The notes beneath the pieces are model-generated. The model had not been told where the DNA came from and ran no database searches. It was given only the letters and a program-made list of their open reading frames with translations. Shown piece by piece: positions 60,233 to 64,000 of a DNA stretch of 64,000 nt; positions within the stretch are counted from its first letter, which is position 1, and every line of letters begins with the position of its first letter. Both the position numbers and the translations under genes were made by a program. The DNA comes from an uncultured Chloroflexia bacterium (GTDB taxonomy: Bacteria; Chloroflexota; Chloroflexia; Thermomicrobiales; UBA6265): contig CAVRUC010000004.1 of the NCBI GenBank assembly GCA_963724295.1, positions 1 through 64,000 on the forward strand, written 5' to 3'.

Positions 60233-60928
60233 CTAGTACCCCGCCCGCTTGCGTGCCGCCGCGATCGTAAACTCGGGGCTATTGATGAAATCCATCGTCG
60301 CCCGCTCCCGCGTGCGGACCTCCTCCACCGCCTCCGGTAGACCCTCGAGCACCTGGCGGGGCACGATGACGATGCCATTGGCGTCGCCGTGGAGGATGTC
60401 GCCGGTCCTGACCTCCTGACCGTCGAGCATTACCGGCTCGCCGACGGCGACCACTCCGAAGTTGCCATGCGAGACGACGACGTAGCGGGCGAAGTAGCCA
60501 AACCCAAGTCGCCGCACCTCGTGCACGTCACGCAGACCGCCGTCGGTCACCATCCCGACCGCGCCGACTCGCATCGCCATCGTCGTCATCACCTCGCCGG
60601 CCAGCGCGCATCGTGAGGGGGCGCCACTGATGTCCTGCACGACCAGCACAGAAGGTGCTGGCATGTCCGACAGCGCCTCGTACATGCGCCAGTAGTTCTC
60701 ACGCCCCGCGATGGAGCCGGGAGTGTTGGTCATCGTCACCGTGAGCGCTACCCCGACAATCGGCGGCAGCTCCGGGAAGAGCGCACGCACCTCTCCGCCG
60801 ATGAAGCCTTCGGTCCGGTCGCGGACCTTGAACGACTCGATCGCATTGCTGATCGTCGGACTATCGACGCTCTTCAGGAATGCGAGATCCTGCTCGCTGA
60901 TCGGTCGCACAATCGAGAAATCGGTCAT
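60233..60928 (-). CDS. RraA/HMG aldolase family protein
   Basis: SPTISNA, GEVM, TDGGLRD, GDILHGDANG. Confidence 0.9.
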   Translation of the reverse strand: MTDFSIVRPISEQDLAFLKSVDSPTISNAIESFKVRDRTEGFIGGEVRALFPELPPIVGVALTVTMTNTPGSIAGRENYWRMYEALSDMPAPSVLVVQDISGAPSRCALAGEVMTTMAMRVGAVGMVTDGGLRDVHEVRRLGFGYFARYVVVSHGNFGVVAVGEPVMLDGQEVRTGDILHGDANGIVIVPRQVLEGLPEAVEEVRTRERATMDFINSPEFTIAAARKRAGY

Positions 60929-61008
60929 TCAACTGTCCTCATCGTTGGTGAAGAACGGCACGCCACGCACCGCCCTGGCGTTCTCTCAGATGTGTCTCGT
61001 CCGGGTCC

Positions 61009-62058
61009 TCACGCGATTTCCGGTTGCCCTGAAGGCAGGTTGCCAGCCGGCTCTTCGCTTTCTCTCCGCAGGAGCTCGTAGATCGCGATCGCGCCAGCGG
61101 TCGCGGCATTGAGCGAGTCGACCCGGCCACGCATCGGCAATGCCAGCAGCAGGTCGCAGTGCTTGCGCAAGTTCGCTCCCAGCCCGGCACCTTCGGCCCC
61201 GACGACGAGCACAGCCGGCGTCGGAATCTCGGTCGTGAAGATGTTGCTCGCGCTCGATCCCGCATCCAGACCGGCGACCCACCGGCCGCTCCCCTTGAAA
61301 GCTTCCAGGGCGCGAGCCAGGTTGGGAACGGCGGCCACGCGGAGGTGCTCGACTGCGCCGGCCGAGGCATTGACCACCGCCGGGGTCACCGCCGCGGCGC
61401 GGTCGGCCGGGATCACGACGCCGGCCACACCGGCGGCCTCGGCCGCGCGAAAGAGGGTACCGACGTTCTGCGGATCCTGTAGATGATCGAGGACGAGGAT
61501 GGTTCCCGGCGTCCTCAGCAAATCCTCGAACTCCACGTAGCGGTACGGCTCCACTTCGAGGGCGATGCCCTGATGATTTGCGCCGCGGGTCGCGTCGTCG
61601 AGCATCATGCGGGGGATGCGGTCGATCTCCGCGCCCCGCTCGGTTGCCAGCGCCATCAGCCCCCGTAACCGCTCGTCTTCGCGCGCGCCTTCGGCAACGA
61701 AGAGCCGCTCGATACTCCGCCTGCCACGCAAGGCCTCCAGAACCGCATTGCGGCCATAGAGCAGCTCACGGCCCGTCCGCGCCAGGACCGGCATCGCGGG
61801 CGGTGGCGTCCGCTCCCTGGGTGCGCCGCGTGAACCCCGAGCGGGCCCGCCTCCGGGGCCGCCTGACCGGCCGCTTGATGGCCCACGCGGGCCACCCGGC
61901 TTCGGTCGTGATCGCGGCGCCTGTTTCTCGCCGTGGGTCGAGGACCGTTTGCCCCCGGATGGCGGCCCCTCGCGCCGGGCAGGTTTCCCCTGGTCGCGGC
62001 GTGACTTCGATCTATCCCCGTCGCTGCGTCCAGGTGGCTCCCGCCGGCGTATCTTCAA
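61009..62058 (-). CDS. rlmB: 23S rRNA (G2251) 2'-O-methyltransferase
   Basis: YGRNAV, HQG, QDPQNVG, GAEGAG, SLNAA; follows cysS. Confidence 0.93.
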   Translation of the reverse strand: MKIRRREPPGRSDGDRSKSRRDQGKPARREGPPSGGKRSSTHGEKQAPRSRPKPGGPRGPSSGRSGGPGGGPARGSRGAPRERTPPPAMPVLARTGRELLYGRNAVLEALRGRRSIERLFVAEGAREDERLRGLMALATERGAEIDRIPRMMLDDATRGANHQGIALEVEPYRYVEFEDLLRTPGTILVLDHLQDPQNVGTLFRAAEAAGVAGVVIPADRAAAVTPAVVNASAGAVEHLRVAAVPNLARALEAFKGSGRWVAGLDAGSSASNIFTTEIPTPAVLVVGAEGAGLGANLRKHCDLLLALPMRGRVDSLNAATAGAIAIYELLRRESEEPAGNLPSGQPEIA

Positions 62059-63472
62059 CCACGACCTCCAGCTTTCCCAGCTCGTCGCGAATCAGGTCGG
62101 AAAGAGCCCATTCCCGGCGCTGCCGCAATTCCTCCCGGACCCGCAGCAGCAGATCGATGAAGGGAGCCGCATCAGCCACGGCCGTCGCGGCGTCGTCTGC
62201 CAGGTCGAGTCCAAGCACCCCAGCCAGATCGACCAGGGTCACCCGCGCTGGTTCAATCGCTTCAGCCGGCTCACCGGCACCCCGCGCCCGGTTGATCGCC
62301 CGTGCCAGATCGAACAACGCGGCAAGCGCTTCCGGGGCGTTGAAATCATCATCCATCGCCTCGCGGAACCGGCAGCGCACGTCCTCGGCCAGAACCGCGA
62401 GATCGGTCGCCGCGTCGAAGTCATCGTCCGTCGGCGCCACTGACGACGCGGCTGGGTCAGCGGCCGCGCGCAAGCGGGAGAGACCCCGCTCCGCGGCCAG
62501 CAATCCTTCCTCGGTGTACGTCACCGGTGCCCGATAGTGGCTTTGCAGGACCATCAGGCGAAAAGCCGAACCCAGTCCTCGGTCGACGATCTCCTTCAGG
62601 CGGACGAAGTTTCCAAGTGACTTGGACATCTTCTCCGCACCTACGCGCACCAGACCGTTATGCACCCAGTAGCGGGCAAACGGCTCGACGCCGAGGAACG
62701 ACTCGCTCTGGGCGATCTCGTTCTCGTGGTGCGGGAAGATGAGATCGGCGCCGCCCCCGTGGATATCGATCTGCCCATCGAGATAGGTCGAGCTCATCGC
62801 CGAGCATTCGATGTGCCAGCCGGGTCGGCCGCGACCCCAGGGCGACTCCCAGCTCGGCTCGCCCGGTTTGGCGGCTTTCCAGAGCGCGAAGTCGAGCGGG
62901 TCCTCTTTCCGCTCGTCGACCTCGATGCGTGCTCCCGCCAGCAGATCGTCGAGGTCGCGGTGAGACAGCTTGCCGTAGCCGGCGAACGAGCGCACCCGAA
63001 AGTAGACGTCGCCGTCGACCGGGTAGGCGTGGCCCCGGTCGATGAGGCCCTGCACCATCGCGATGATCGGTCCGACCTCTTCCGTCGCCCGCGGGTAATG
63101 CGACGCGGGCAAGACATTGAGACGACGCATCTGGGCGTGCCACTCCGCGATGTAGCTCTCCGTCAGCGCGTCGGGATCGATGCCCTCCGCATTGGCGCGA
63201 TTGATGATCTTGTCGTCGATGTCGGTGAAGTTCTGGATGTGCCGTACCTCGTAGCCGCGATGCTCCAGATAGCGGCGAATCACGTCGAACGAAATCAGCG
63301 ACATCCCATGACCGACATGCGCGCTGTCGTAGGGCGTCACCCCGCAGACGTACATGCGGACCTTGCCCGGCTCGATCGTTTGCAGCGGCTCTTTGCGCCG
63401 GGTAAGCGTGTTGTAGACGCGGATGCCTGCCGTCGCCGGCTCGGTTTTGACCGCCGCCCGGGATGCTGTCAT
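62012..63472 (-). CDS. cysS: Cysteine--tRNA ligase
   Basis: [34 protein letters not shown]. Confidence 0.98.
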   Translation of the reverse strand: MTASRAAVKTEPATAGIRVYNTLTRRKEPLQTIEPGKVRMYVCGVTPYDSAHVGHGMSLISFDVIRRYLEHRGYEVRHIQNFTDIDDKIINRANAEGIDPDALTESYIAEWHAQMRRLNVLPASHYPRATEEVGPIIAMVQGLIDRGHAYPVDGDVYFRVRSFAGYGKLSHRDLDDLLAGARIEVDERKEDPLDFALWKAAKPGEPSWESPWGRGRPGWHIECSAMSSTYLDGQIDIHGGGADLIFPHHENEIAQSESFLGVEPFARYWVHNGLVRVGAEKMSKSLGNFVRLKEIVDRGLGSAFRLMVLQSHYRAPVTYTEEGLLAAERGLSRLRAAADPAASSVAPTDDDFDAATDLAVLAEDVRCRFREAMDDDFNAPEALAALFDLARAINRARGAGEPAEAIEPARVTLVDLAGVLGLDLADDAATAVADAAPFIDLLLRVREELRQRREWALSDLIRDELGKLEVVVEDTPAGATWTQRRG

Positions 63473-63515
63473 GCTGCGAACTCCTCGATGGTCAGATGCA
63501 AAAGGGGTCGCGAGT

Positions 63516-64000
63516 CTATCGAGGAGGGCAGAGCGTCTCCCGGTCGGCGTGGTCGTGCTCGATCTCGCGCACACGCGCCTCGAGCTCCTCGATCCGTTGC
63601 ATGAGCGAGATCATGGTGTCCCGGTCCGGATCCGGCAGGTGCTCCAGCCGCCGCGTCTCCCCCGACGCCGGATCGCGCCAGGAGACGGCCCGCGCCGGCA
63701 TCCCCACGGCGGTGGTGTGGGGCGGCACGTCTTTGAGCACAACCGACCCCGCGCCGACTCTAGCTCCCTCGCCGATCGTCACCGCGCCGAGCACCGACGC
63801 GCCAACGCCGATGACGGCGTGATCCTCGACGGTGGGATGCCGCTTGCCGCGCTGCTTCCCCGTCCCACCCAGCGTCACCCCCTGGTACATGGTGACGTCA
63901 TCGCCAATGGAGGCGGTCTCACCGATGACGACACCCATGCCGTGGTCGATGAAGACACCCTGGCCGATCCTGGCTCCGGGGTGAATCTCAATCCCGGTAA
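63516..64000 (-). CDS. cysE: Serine O-acetyltransferase (5' end outside the window)
   Basis: [40 protein letters not shown]. Confidence 0.95.
   Translation of the reverse strand, partial: TGIEIHPGARIGQGVFIDHGMGVVIGETASIGDDVTMYQGVTLGGTGKQRGKRHPTVEDHAVIGVGASVLGAVTIGEGARVGAGSVVLKDVPPHTTAVGMPARAVSWRDPASGETRRLEHLPDPDRDTMISLMQRIEELEARVREIEHDHADRETLCPPR

Overview
A high-GC bacterial window. Gene style (Tat-exported proteins with 'ATPVA/ASPVA' linkers, STAND-TPR-LuxR regulator) suggests Thermomicrobiales/Chloroflexota; this is inference. Scattered 1-2 nt indels split several genes and look like long-read consensus errors. 1-12.5 kb is accessory DNA lying 3' of a tRNA-Leu(CAA). It carries an excisionase/primase-helicase module and, at 1-6 kb, the most interesting locus: a STAND-TPR-LuxR regulator, a ~106-bp promoter-like element, four tandem paralogous Arg-rich multi-repeat peptide genes (shared leader plus 2-3 copies of a 12-aa xVRx[KR]Rx[VI][CST]PGG unit), a hairpin, an MFS exporter and a guanidine-hydrolase-like ureohydrolase. 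A second copy of the promoter element then precedes three paralogous 28-aa hydrophobic peptides ending in Asn. The ORF track misses or mis-starts most of these peptide genes. The locus is a candidate undescribed RiPP/peptide-signalling system. The rest (12.8-64 kb) is mostly core or metabolic: ALDH, cox/xdh maturation genes, RNase J, two ABC importers, prmC, a dynamin-like GTPase, terC, pyrB, rlmB, cysS and cysE.
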